From the NCBI RefSeq assembly GCF_052169795.1, contig NZ_JBQNBU010000001.1, positions 6,477 to 70,476 on the forward strand: a stretch of DNA of 64,000 bases, in the 5' to 3' direction. The translations under genes were made by a program, and so were the position numbers. The stretch comes from Catonella sp. (GTDB lineage: Bacteria; Bacillota; Clostridia; Lachnospirales; Lachnospiraceae). Below are positions 39,418-48,751 of this stretch, one piece after another. The notes below the pieces were generated by a model. It worked only from the letters and a program-made list of their open reading frames with translations, did no database searches and had not been told where the DNA came from. The number at the start of each line of letters is the position of its first letter. Position 1 is the first letter of the stretch.

Positions 39418-39443
39418 GTTTAATATAAAAAGAGGTGAGGGCA

Positions 39444-40454
39444 ATGGCTGAAACAAAGATAACAATGCAAAAAATTGCCGATATGCTTGACATAAGTAAA
39501 GTTACCGTTTCAAAGGCACTTAACGGTAAAGAAGGAGTTGGTTCCGAATTAAAGAAAAAAATAATGGAAAAGGCTTTGGAATATGGCTATAAAGCACCTA
39601 ATTCCGAAAATGATAAAATAGGAGAAGGATATCATATAGCTGTTTTTTGTGCTGCAAAATTTTTGGAAAAGGCAGATGATAATAATTTTTATCCTAATAT
39701 ATACCAAAAAATATCTATAGAATTAACTAGAAGAAATAGTATAGGGACACTTATTTCGGTAAATCAAAAAGAAAATTATCAAGATACGGAAAGACTTTTA
39801 AAACTTCATAAATTTGATGGAATAATAGCTCTTGGAATGCTTGGAGAGGAGTTTTTTAATACTGTGCGTAAAACAGGACTTCCGAGAGTATATGTGGATA
39901 CAGATGATAATTATTCTGATACGCCTATGGTTCTGATTGAAAATATATACAGTGTGTGCAGCATTACTGAACATTTGGTGGCTATGGGACATAGGGAAAT
40001 CGGTTTTATAGGTTCTGTGAAAGTTACAAAAAGTATCATGGACCGCTATCTAGGCTTTTTTAGGACAATGATGTTAAATGGACTTGAGGTCAAAAAAGAA
40101 TGGGTACTTGAGGATAGAACACCTGATAATGAAAAAATAGAAATTAAATTTCCTGAAATGCTTCCAACAGCCTTTGTGTGTAACTGTGATGATACTGCAT
40201 ATAGGGTAGTTAAGGAATTAAAGGAAAAAGGATTAAAAGTGCCGGAGGATATTTCTATAGTAAGTTTTGACAATGATATATTTTCTAAGCTTTCAGTGCC
40301 ACAGTTAACTACAATAGCACCTGATACCAATTATATAGCAAAAAAGGCAGCTGATTTAATAATAAAACAAATTAGAGAGCCGGGGAAAAAGGTGCTTGGT
40401 CCTATTTTGGTAAATGGCAAAATAATTTATAGGGAGTCGGTAAGTAAAATATGA
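39444..40454 (+). CDS. LacI family transcriptional regulator
   Basis: TMQKIADMLDISKVTVSKALN HTH; GHREIGF, VPEDISIVSFD, PQLTT. Confidence 0.92.
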   Translation: MAETKITMQKIADMLDISKVTVSKALNGKEGVGSELKKKIMEKALEYGYKAPNSENDKIGEGYHIAVFCAAKFLEKADDNNFYPNIYQKISIELTRRNSIGTLISVNQKENYQDTERLLKLHKFDGIIALGMLGEEFFNTVRKTGLPRVYVDTDDNYSDTPMVLIENIYSVCSITEHLVAMGHREIGFIGSVKVTKSIMDRYLGFFRTMMLNGLEVKKEWVLEDRTPDNEKIEIKFPEMLPTAFVCNCDDTAYRVVKELKEKGLKVPEDISIVSFDNDIFSKLSVPQLTTIAPDTNYIAKKAADLIIKQIREPGKKVLGPILVNGKIIYRESVSKI

Positions 40455-40561
40455 AGAATAGTGACTAAAATTAAAAACATACACAAACGACGAAGTTATT
40501 TTGCTTGCGATATTTACGAGTTAGGGCTATGCTGTATCTATAAGGCATAAAGAGCATATAG

Positions 40562-41313
40562 ATGAAGTTATACAGGAAAGTGAAAAAAGAATTGTCAGAA
40601 GCAATAGTTGAATCTCCAATAATAGCAGCAGTTAAGGATGAGGCTGGTTTGGCAGAAAGCCTTTCCGCAGAATGCAGGCTTATATTCATTTTATATGGAA
40701 CAGTATGCAGTATTTCTACAATAGTAGAAAAAATAAAATCTAAAGGCAAATTACTCTTGCCTGTCCGGATATGGTTGAAATTATGCCTGGAATAATGCCT
40801 GAAATTATAGAAAGGCTTAAGATTGAAATAAAAATTCCAATAATAGCAGGAGGACTGATTTCAGATAAAAAAGATATAATAGCAGCTTTATCAGCGGGTG
40901 CAGATGCAGTATCTACTACTAAGACAGCAGAAGGACTAAAAGCTGTAAAAGTCCTGGCTAAAGAGGGAATTAAAACCAATGTAACCCTTATTTTCTCCGC
41001 AAATCAGGCACTTCTTGCAGCAGAGGCAGGAGCAAGCTATGTATCACCTTTCCTTGGAAGACTTGATGATATCAATCAGGATGGTGTTACATTGATAGCT
41101 GATATAGTGCAGATATTTGAAAACTATGGTTATGAAACTGAAATTATAGCGGCTTCTGTAAGACATCCGATGCATGTGCAGCACTGCGCTTTGGCAGGTG
41201 CTGATATTGCCACTGTTCCATATAAGGTAATAATGCAAATGATAAACCATCCACTTACAGCACAGGGAATTGAGAAATTTATAGCTGACTATAAAAAGGT
41301 ATTTGGTGAATAA
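40562..41313 (+). pseudogene. Deletion scar: split glycerol-3-phosphate-responsive antiterminator (GlpP) fused to the C-terminal part of a transaldolase/FSA
   Basis: SPIIAAVKD (GlpP N-terminus) at 40562; PDMVEIMPG...PIIAGGLI...AGADAVST (GlpP C-terminus) in another frame, joined in frame at ~40921 to [37 protein letters not shown]. Confidence 0.85.
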
Positions 41314-41540
41314 TTGAATAGTTGTATTTTCAATGTAATAATGATAAAATATGCTTTGGATTATTTGACAACAGGATATACGTTAAAATGTCTGTCGTTT
41401 ATGGCGTAAATAATCTTAGTATATTTGATAGTGAAAGTTTAGATTTTATGTAAAAAGCCATCTTGCAAATGGTCTGTATCGTTAAATGGTAGAGATATTT
41501 GCAAGATGTTTTGATTAAATAATGCATGAGGAGAGTTTTA

Positions 41541-43337
41541 ATGAAAAAGATATCTGTTGTAATAAAAGAAGCAGTAGAAAAGGCTTTTGTTAGTTTAGGT
41601 TATGATAAAAAATATGGAATGGTAGGTATCTCAAACCGTCCTGACCTTTGCCAATACCAGTGTAATGGTGCAATGGCAGCGGTTAAGGAGTATAAAAAAG
41701 CACCCCTTGATATAGCAAATGAAGTAGCAGATAAACTGCAACTTTCCGAAGAAGGAAAGATATTTGAAAAAATAGAAGCAGTAAATCCGGGATTTATTAA
41801 TCTTACAATTAAAGACGAATTTTTGGCTGATTATGTAAATGAAATGGGCGAGACCGGAAATTTCGGATATGAAAATGAAGGTGAGCCTAAGAAGATAGTT
41901 CTTGACTATGGCGGCCCAAATGTGGCCAAACCTTTACATGTCGGTCATCTTCGCCCTGCTATAATAGGTGAGAGTATTAAGCGCATAGAAAGGTTTGCCG
42001 GTAATGAGGTTATAGGAGATGTGCATCTGGGTGACTGGGGACTTCCTATGGGACTTATCATAACCGAAGTTAGACACAGACATCCTGAACTGCCATACTT
42101 TGACGAAAGCTTTACAGGGGAATATCCAAAAGAAGCACCATTTACAATAGGTGAGCTTGAGGAAATCTACCCTACAGCCTCAGCGAAGTCAAAGGAAGAT
42201 GAAGAGTATAGAAATGAGGCTCTTTCTGCTACGGCACTTTTACAGAGTGGAAATAGAGGCTATATGGCACTTTGGAATCATATTTTATCAGTATCTGTGG
42301 CAGACCTTAAGAAAAATTATGACAACTTAAATGTAAGTTTTGATCTTTGGAAGAAAGAAAGTGATGCACAAGCCTATATACCAGATATGGTAGAAAAAAT
42401 GAAGGCTGATGGTTTTGCACATATGAGTGAGGGTGCTTTGGTGGTGGATGTTACAAGAGAAGATGATAAAAAGGAAGTACCTCCTTGCATTATCCTCAAA
42501 TCAGATGGAGCATCACTTTATAGCACAACTGACCTTGCTACAATAGTAGAAAGAGTTAAGCTTTTTAACCCAACTGATATACTTTATGTGGTTGACAAAA
42601 GACAGGAAATGCATTTTGAACAGGTATTCAGAACTGCAAAGAAGACAGAGATTGCACCTGAGAATTTAAACCTTACCTTCTTAGGCTTTGGTACTATGAA
42701 TGGTAAAGACGGCAAGCCTTTTAAGACAAGAGAAGGTGGAGTTATGAGGCTTGAGAGACTTATTTCTGAGATAACAGAAGAAGTAGAAATAAAAATGTCT
42801 GACAGGGACATGGACGAAGAAGTTAAGCATAAGGTCGCCAGACAGGTTGGACTGGCTGCCCTCAAATACGGAGATTTGTCAAATCAGGCAAGTAAGGACT
42901 ATATATTTGATTTGGACAGATTTGCTTCCTTTGAAGGAAATACAGGTCCATATATCCAGTACACAGTGGTAAGAATTCGCTCAATTCTGGATAAGTTTAT
43001 AGCAGAAAAGGGTATTACAAAGGCTGAACTGGATAAGTTTTTTGCGGATAAAAAGCTTGTTAAAAGTGTAACAGAGTCAGAGAGAAATCTTGAACTTGTT
43101 ATAGCGAAGTTCTCTGATATAATAGATTTGGCTGCAACAGAGTTTGCACCACATAAGGTATGTGCATATATTTATGAAGCAGCAAACTGCTTCAGTGCAT
43201 TTTATCATGAGAACCATATACTTAATGAACAGGATGAGGCTAGAAAATATTCTCTGCTTAAGCTCTCATATATCACAGAGAAGATAATAGTAAAATCCCT
43301 TGATTTACTTGGCATAGATGCTCCTGAACGTATGTAA
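41541..43337 (+). CDS. argS: Arginine--tRNA ligase
   Basis: DYGGPNVAKPLHVGHLR, GDWG, KSDGASLYSTTDLA, FKTREG, FEGNTGPY, C-terminal PERM. Confidence 0.96.
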   Translation: MKKISVVIKEAVEKAFVSLGYDKKYGMVGISNRPDLCQYQCNGAMAAVKEYKKAPLDIANEVADKLQLSEEGKIFEKIEAVNPGFINLTIKDEFLADYVNEMGETGNFGYENEGEPKKIVLDYGGPNVAKPLHVGHLRPAIIGESIKRIERFAGNEVIGDVHLGDWGLPMGLIITEVRHRHPELPYFDESFTGEYPKEAPFTIGELEEIYPTASAKSKEDEEYRNEALSATALLQSGNRGYMALWNHILSVSVADLKKNYDNLNVSFDLWKKESDAQAYIPDMVEKMKADGFAHMSEGALVVDVTREDDKKEVPPCIILKSDGASLYSTTDLATIVERVKLFNPTDILYVVDKRQEMHFEQVFRTAKKTEIAPENLNLTFLGFGTMNGKDGKPFKTREGGVMRLERLISEITEEVEIKMSDRDMDEEVKHKVARQVGLAALKYGDLSNQASKDYIFDLDRFASFEGNTGPYIQYTVVRIRSILDKFIAEKGITKAELDKFFADKKLVKSVTESERNLELVIAKFSDIIDLAATEFAPHKVCAYIYEAANCFSAFYHENHILNEQDEARKYSLLKLSYITEKIIVKSLDLLGIDAPERM

Positions 43338-43350
43338 AATGGTGATATAA

Positions 43351-44835
43351 ATGAAAAAAGGAAGAATGATAGTTAAATTACTAATATTTATCTTCATTTT
43401 TGAGGCTGTCTTTTATAAGGACAGCCAATTTTTAAATGCTGCCGTATCAGAAGGACAAAATATGGTGAGAGTTGGACTTACAAAGGAATATTTTAATAAG
43501 ACTTCGATAAACATTGATAATCAGGCTGTTAAAATAGGATTTTCTAAGGAAGATAATTATTATCCAACTGATATATTAAGAGGCGATAGGGGGATAAGTA
43601 TTTCCAGAGCCTATGGCAGCTATAATGTATATGGAGGAAGCTTTTCTTCTTTTTCTAAGGCTGCTTCGGAAGCTGCAAGTCTTAGGGCTTTCAAAAAGTC
43701 TTTAACTGTAGTTCCGGCTTTGGTAGGGCTTGACAGAAATAACAGGGGAGTTTGGAAGCTTTATGATGCCTATTCTGCTGAAAATGTATTGAATACCAAT
43801 GATGTATATTCGGTGAAATTAAAAAATCACAGCAGTAAATATTTATTGGCTGTTACAATTGGCAGCAGTAAATTTCTTGTAGATGTAAATGAAGCAGGGG
43901 CAAACCCTCAGTTTGAGGCTGTAAACAAGGCTGAAGGAGTATCTGTAGATGGGGAAAACAGGTACAGAGGAAGAATTGAGATAGGAACTTACGGAAAAAG
44001 TGGGGTAACGCCTGTAAATGTAATAAATCTTGAGGACTATATCAGAGGCTCGGTTCCTATGGAAATGAATCATATCTGGCATATGTCTGCGCTTAAGGCT
44101 CAGGCAGTATGTGCAAGAAGTTTTGGGGCAGCAGTTTCGGGTTTTGGTTCTGACAGCGATATAAAAAAAGGATATAAGCTTACCAATACAATTTCTCATC
44201 AGTCTTATGGGGGAATGAAGGTTGAAACTAAAGAAACTGATAAAGCAGTAAAGGACACCGAAAATGAATTTGTTACATACAATAATAGGGTTGTAAAAAC
44301 TACTTATTTTTCGACTTCAGGCGGTTATACAGAGGATTCGGAAAATGTATGGGGAGGTAAAAAGCACTGGCTTAGGGCTGTGCCTGACAGGTATGAAAAT
44401 AAACCTGAAAAAAAGCCTTGGAAAATAAGTTTTACAAAACACCAACTGTCCAATATGTTAAAAAGCTATGAGACGGCAAAAGGAAATAAGCTTGGAAGCA
44501 TAGAAGAGATAAAGGTTATAAGACGTTCCAAGTCAGGAAGAGCTATTGTGGTTAAAGTTACCGGAAGTCTTGGAAATATTCTCCTAAAAAAACAGGAGAT
44601 AAGGAAAGCGTTTAATCTTTTCAGTACAAAAATAAAAATTTATTCTGCTTCTGACTTTGTAAGGAGCTTTAGCAATAGAAATAGAGATGTGGTGAAAGGA
44701 GATTTTATTTTTTCAGGAAGCGGCTATGGCCATGGAGTAGGGCTTAGCCAATCTGGTGCAAGAGGTATGGCTGAGGCAGGCTACGGCTATAAAAAAATAA
44801 TAATGCATTATTTCACAGGGGTTGAAATACATTAA
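43351..44835 (+). CDS. SpoIID/LytB domain-containing secreted protein
   Basis: YRGRIEI, LEDYIRGSVPMEM, ALKAQAVCARS, FSTSGGYTE, GYGHGVGLSQSGA; N-terminal signal-like segment. Confidence 0.88.
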   Translation: MKKGRMIVKLLIFIFIFEAVFYKDSQFLNAAVSEGQNMVRVGLTKEYFNKTSINIDNQAVKIGFSKEDNYYPTDILRGDRGISISRAYGSYNVYGGSFSSFSKAASEAASLRAFKKSLTVVPALVGLDRNNRGVWKLYDAYSAENVLNTNDVYSVKLKNHSSKYLLAVTIGSSKFLVDVNEAGANPQFEAVNKAEGVSVDGENRYRGRIEIGTYGKSGVTPVNVINLEDYIRGSVPMEMNHIWHMSALKAQAVCARSFGAAVSGFGSDSDIKKGYKLTNTISHQSYGGMKVETKETDKAVKDTENEFVTYNNRVVKTTYFSTSGGYTEDSENVWGGKKHWLRAVPDRYENKPEKKPWKISFTKHQLSNMLKSYETAKGNKLGSIEEIKVIRRSKSGRAIVVKVTGSLGNILLKKQEIRKAFNLFSTKIKIYSASDFVRSFSNRNRDVVKGDFIFSGSGYGHGVGLSQSGARGMAEAGYGYKKIIMHYFTGVEIH

Positions 44836-44836
44836 G

Positions 44837-44870
44837 AAAGCGTAACAAAAAATAATCTGTTACGCTTTTT
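44837..44870. terminator. Bidirectional terminator between convergent genes
   Basis: AAAGCGTAACA-loop-TGTTACGCTTTTT. Confidence 0.75.
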
Positions 44871-44882
44871 ATGTTGCATTTA

Positions 44883-46187
44883 TTAAATAGTTTCTCCAAA
44901 GTCAGATTCAGCATAATCAGAACTGTCATTGGCATTTGGAAGCCTTCTTACTTTAATTTTTTCTATTCTTCTGTGGTCTATGGATTCTATCAGAAAAGAG
45001 AGCAAACCATCTGTAATTGCATCTCCTTTTTCCGGTAATCTCTCAAAAAGTTCAATAAGCTTTCCGGCAATAGAATCATAATCATCTGAATTGTATTCGG
45101 TACCAAAGAAGTCGTTAAAATCTTCAAGCCTTGTAGAGCCGAGTACCATAAATTCATCCTGATCTAATTGTACTATATCATCAACTTCATCTTCGTCATA
45201 TTCATCACGAATATCACCCACGATTTCCTCAAGCAAATCTTCAAGAGTAATAAGTCCAACTGCGGAGCCATATTCATCCAATACTACACACATAGAAAGA
45301 GAAGCCTTTCTCATTTCTATAAGCAGTTCTGAGGTCTTTTTAAATTCGTAGGTAAAGTTTGCAGGACGAAGAACTGAATCGATCTTAAAATCTTTTTTAT
45401 CTCCCTTGTAAAAAGCTACGTCTTTCAAGTAAACAATACCAATAATATTATCAACATTTTCCTGATATACAGGAAGCCTTGAATACTTATCTTCTTCAAA
45501 AGCTGATAGAAGCTCGTCATACCCTATGTCATCGCTTATAAGGCACATATCAACTCTTGGTACCATTACATCTTTTACAAGTGAGTCACCGAAATCCACC
45601 ACATTGGTTATCATTTCTTTTTCTTCGTTTTCGATTATACCCTCTTCATGGCTTACCTCCACATAGGTCAGCAGCTCGTTTTCAGTAATTCCGGAAGTAT
45701 TGATGTCAGGATCGATGCCAAAAAGTTTAAGCAGGGCACCGGAAATAATATTTAGAAGAAAAACTAGTGGTATAAAAATTTTCATTATAACTATAAGTAT
45801 TGGTGCGTAGGCAAGTGCTATACTCTCTGAGTGCATAGTTGCAATTGTCTTAGGTAATACCTCACCGAATACAAGTATTAAAAGGGTGAGAACACCTGTG
45901 CCGATACCTATGTATATATTGCCAAAAACTCTGGCAACAAAGGTTGTTGCAAGGGCAGAAGCAGATATATTTACAATGTTATTACCTATAAGTACTGTGC
46001 TGATAAATCTTCTTGAGTCATCAGTAATCTGTGCTACAAGAGCAGCATTTTTAACATTTTCTTCTACCATTGAACGAATTTTAATCTTATTTACAGAAAT
46101 TATTGCAGTTTCCGCTGATGAGAAAAATCCTGAAAGTAGAATTAGAATAAAAAGCACGATAATATTTATCGCGTCACTGGGGTCCAA
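44883..46187 (-). CDS. HlyC/CorC (CNNM) family CBS-domain membrane protein
   Basis: SGFFSSAETA, LIGNNIVN, FGEVLPK, MVPR, DEYG..GLITLEDLLEEIVG; TTG start follows AAGGAG. Confidence 0.93.
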   Translation of the reverse strand: MDPSDAINIIVLFILILLSGFFSSAETAIISVNKIKIRSMVEENVKNAALVAQITDDSRRFISTVLIGNNIVNISASALATTFVARVFGNIYIGIGTGVLTLLILVFGEVLPKTIATMHSESIALAYAPILIVIMKIFIPLVFLLNIISGALLKLFGIDPDINTSGITENELLTYVEVSHEEGIIENEEKEMITNVVDFGDSLVKDVMVPRVDMCLISDDIGYDELLSAFEEDKYSRLPVYQENVDNIIGIVYLKDVAFYKGDKKDFKIDSVLRPANFTYEFKKTSELLIEMRKASLSMCVVLDEYGSAVGLITLEDLLEEIVGDIRDEYDEDEVDDIVQLDQDEFMVLGSTRLEDFNDFFGTEYNSDDYDSIAGKLIELFERLPEKGDAITDGLLSFLIESIDHRRIEKIKVRRLPNANDSSDYAESDFGETI

Positions 46188-46241
46188 ATCATCATCTCCT
46201 TAGCTGTATAAAATTAATAAAGTGTATAAAAACACCCCTTT

Positions 46242-46270
46242 ATCATATATGAATAGAGGGTTTCTGTCAA
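46242..46270 (-). promoter_or_regulatory. Promoter of the hlyC/corC gene
   Basis: Minus-strand TTGACA-17-TATGAT. Confidence 0.65.
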
Positions 46271-46408
46271 GGGGGGGGCAAGGTTTAGGGATTAAAAACA
46301 GTGGGTTATTTTGGGGGGTGTATATGTAAAAGTAATATTTTTGTATTGATACTTTACACTATGAAATGTATACTTTAGAATATGTTGGTATTTAATAAGG
46401 AGAAGATA

Positions 46409-46582
46409 ATGGAAGTCTGGTATTATGAGGTGGTAAGCATAGATGGCGATTATGCAAATCTGAAGCGAATTGACGTTGAATTAGATGATATTAAGCTTGT
46501 AGCAAGGGCTTTACTTCCTTTAGAGATTACAGAAGGCAGTAAGCTTAGATATGAAATGTTTGAATATATATTGGAGCAATGA
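46409..46582 (+). CDS. Small hypothetical protein (57 aa)
   Basis: AAGGAG RBS; YEVVSIDGDYA...VARALLP..I.EG beta-rich pattern; overlaps the start region of the next gene. Confidence 0.7.
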   Translation: MEVWYYEVVSIDGDYANLKRIDVELDDIKLVARALLPLEITEGSKLRYEMFEYILEQ

Positions 46583-46584
46583 TT

Positions 46585-46926
46585 ATGAATATACAGATTT
46601 TTGGAACTAAAAAATGTAACGATACTAAAAAGGCAGAACGTTATTTTAAAGAGCGTGGGATAAAGTATCAGTTTGTGGACATGAAAGAAAAAGGGATGAG
46701 TAAGGGAGAATTTACTTCTGTTGCTGAGAAAAATGGTGGAGTGGATAATATGTTAAACTCTGATGCAAAGGATAAGGATGCACTGGCACTTATAAAGAAT
46801 ATTGCAGATGAAGATAAGCTTATAACTATTCTTGAAAATCAACAGGTAATTAAAACTCCAATTGTAAGAAATGGCAAGCAGTCCACTCTTGGCTACAAAC
46901 CGGAGGTATGGAAGACTTGGGAATAA
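46585..46926 (+). CDS. ArsC/Spx-like thioredoxin-fold family protein
   Basis: IQIFGTKKCNDTKKAERYFKE, IKTPIVRNG..TLGY..EVW. Confidence 0.88.
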   Translation: MNIQIFGTKKCNDTKKAERYFKERGIKYQFVDMKEKGMSKGEFTSVAEKNGGVDNMLNSDAKDKDALALIKNIADEDKLITILENQQVIKTPIVRNGKQSTLGYKPEVWKTWE

Positions 46927-46935
46927 AGGGAAAGT

Positions 46936-46968
46936 TAACAAAAGCATAACAAAAGCATAACAAAAGCA
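46936..46968. repeat. 11-bp tandem repeat TAACAAAAGCA x3
   Basis: Three consecutive copies; the third begins the 45-bp direct repeat. Confidence 0.9.
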
Positions 46969-47063
46969 TAAAAGAATGTTAATATTGTTGTGATTGAAAA
47001 AATAAAACTCGATAAAGCACAAATTAGAGCTGCCTTTATATAGTTAAAAGACAGCTCATTACT

Positions 47064-47249
47064 TTAGAAATCATTGTCATCATCGCTATTTTGCCAACCA
47101 GAGTTAAAATGAAGTTCTACGGTGTCTATATCCATAGACATATTGTCGCTTATTCGCATATGAATATCGCCATCTGAGTCGATTCCCATATCGTCAGAAG
47201 TTTGATAGATAAAATTATCATCATCATAATTAAAAATAGGATTATACAT
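47064..47249 (-). CDS. Very acidic 61-aa hypothetical protein
   Basis: AAGGAGG RBS; overlaps the upstream gene by 8 nt; 16 D/E versus 1 R and 0 K. Confidence 0.75.
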   Translation of the reverse strand: MYNPIFNYDDDNFIYQTSDDMGIDSDGDIHMRISDNMSMDIDTVELHFNSGWQNSDDDNDF

Positions 47250-48525
47250 GTTTTGCCTCCTTTTCTATGTAAAGTTTATGGATAGATTCATAGGTCACGT
47301 TTAATTCATTAATCAAGAACTGTATCTCAGGATCGTATGATTTAACATTTACATGAATAATATTGGTTATAAAGCCTTTTATTGCTTCTGTTCCTAAGAG
47401 ACGTGGGGAAGTAAAAGAAACAAAATCTGTCTCTGGGTATAGGTATAGGTCCCTCATTGCCTCTGCTTTGATAAACTGTTCATTATAAACATTGTGGTGG
47501 TTAAGCCTTTCATAATAGGCGTTGCAAGCTTTGATGCTGTCATCTATTGCGTTGTTAAGTAAGTTTAAAACATCTTTATTATACTTTATTGCTTTTGATA
47601 TAAAAAGAGAAGTGTTATGTTTTTTCTGTTTTATCATTTGCTCAAGTAACATACCGGCATAAGGAAAGATGAATGTATTTTTTTCATTTCTGTAATTGTG
47701 TTCTATAGTAAATGGTTCAAAGAAATATGAAAGAGTTGTGTTTGTGCATGATGCGAGGCTATTTATAAATTGGTTGGTATTCTTTGACTGTGGCAGTTTG
47801 TATTCATGGGGATGCCACATATATAAATGGGATAGTTTATAAAGCATAGGTACTTCGCGTGCATGCATACAATCCAGCATATCAAAATCTTTATTTTTTA
47901 TTGCTAAAGACATCAGCCTAAAACGAAGGTCGTCCTTGTCTTTTAACCATATTTCCAAGTTATCTATATATCCGCTATCTCTTCGCTTGATACTTGTTCC
48001 GGCACCGAAACAAGCTCCATATTTACCGAAACTCTCGTGATATTCTTGTTTGTTATCGTCTACAAACCAAATATAGTTTGAATCAATCAGATACTTAAGG
48101 AAAGGATAATTTCCTGCTTCCAAAGCATAATCAATGACAGTTTTATTATATTCATCGGGATTTAAAACCAACTTATCTTTTCTTTGAATATAGTCTTTCC
48201 AGACTTCAGGATTGTTTGAGTGAGCAATGGAGTAGTTGGTTACACGGTTAGATGCTTTTGGGGAAAAATTTCCTGCACTGATGATATCTTCAATAGATAC
48301 CTCAAGCAGCTCAGCAAAAATAGGAAGATCTTCTATCTGAATCCACTTGTTTCCCTTGCTTATCTGGCATATACGGTTTTGAATGTTTGAAATAGCATCC
48401 ACATTTACAGAACCATATCGAACTTTTAAATACTCTATACCAAACTGACGAGCACTTTTAAATCTGCTTTCACTTATAAGGTCTGCAATATGCTGACCGA
48501 TTTCTTTTTTATCTACAGTAAACAT
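47242..48525 (-). CDS. Hypothetical protein with N-terminal XRE-like HTH and an ankyrin-like motif
   Basis: GGAGGT RBS; IGQHIADL..SARQF...ICQISKG..IQIEDLPIFAELLEVSIEDII; DEYNKTVIDYALEAGNYPFLKYLID. Confidence 0.75.
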   Translation of the reverse strand: MFTVDKKEIGQHIADLISESRFKSARQFGIEYLKVRYGSVNVDAISNIQNRICQISKGNKWIQIEDLPIFAELLEVSIEDIISAGNFSPKASNRVTNYSIAHSNNPEVWKDYIQRKDKLVLNPDEYNKTVIDYALEAGNYPFLKYLIDSNYIWFVDDNKQEYHESFGKYGACFGAGTSIKRRDSGYIDNLEIWLKDKDDLRFRLMSLAIKNKDFDMLDCMHAREVPMLYKLSHLYMWHPHEYKLPQSKNTNQFINSLASCTNTTLSYFFEPFTIEHNYRNEKNTFIFPYAGMLLEQMIKQKKHNTSLFISKAIKYNKDVLNLLNNAIDDSIKACNAYYERLNHHNVYNEQFIKAEAMRDLYLYPETDFVSFTSPRLLGTEAIKGFITNIIHVNVKSYDPEIQFLINELNVTYESIHKLYIEKEAKHV

Positions 48526-48751
48526 TTTTTTACCTCCATTTGAATATTATATATAAATATATAATAAAAAGATATATCTATTTAATATATGTATTTTGTA
48601 TATAAAATTGTATCACAGATAAATATATGCAAAAAGCATATAATGTAAAAAGTTTAACAAAAGCATAAAAGAATGTTAATATTGTTGTGATTGAAAAAAC
48701 AACTTTCCTATGATAAAATTGTCATACTAATTTAAAAGGAAGGTAATGATT

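Larger units (their letters stand above)
46958..48699. mobile_element. Small islet bounded by a perfect 45-bp direct repeat (46958-47002 and 48655-48699); no recombinase gene
   Basis: TAACAAAAGCATAAAAGAATGTTAATATTGTTGTGATTGAAAAAA occurs on both sides of two minus-strand genes. Confidence 0.7.

Noticed and set aside
41314..41540. T-box riboswitch upstream of argS
   Set aside because: A hairpin (CATCTTGCAAAT/ATTTGCAAGATG) is present, but there is no GGTGGNACC T-box motif or specifier stem.
46936..47002. CRISPR array
   Set aside because: Short contiguous tandem repeats without spacers; no cas genes in the window.
48619..48730. dif-like Xer site at the islet boundary
   Set aside because: No convincing 11-6-11 palindromic match to the Firmicute dif consensus.
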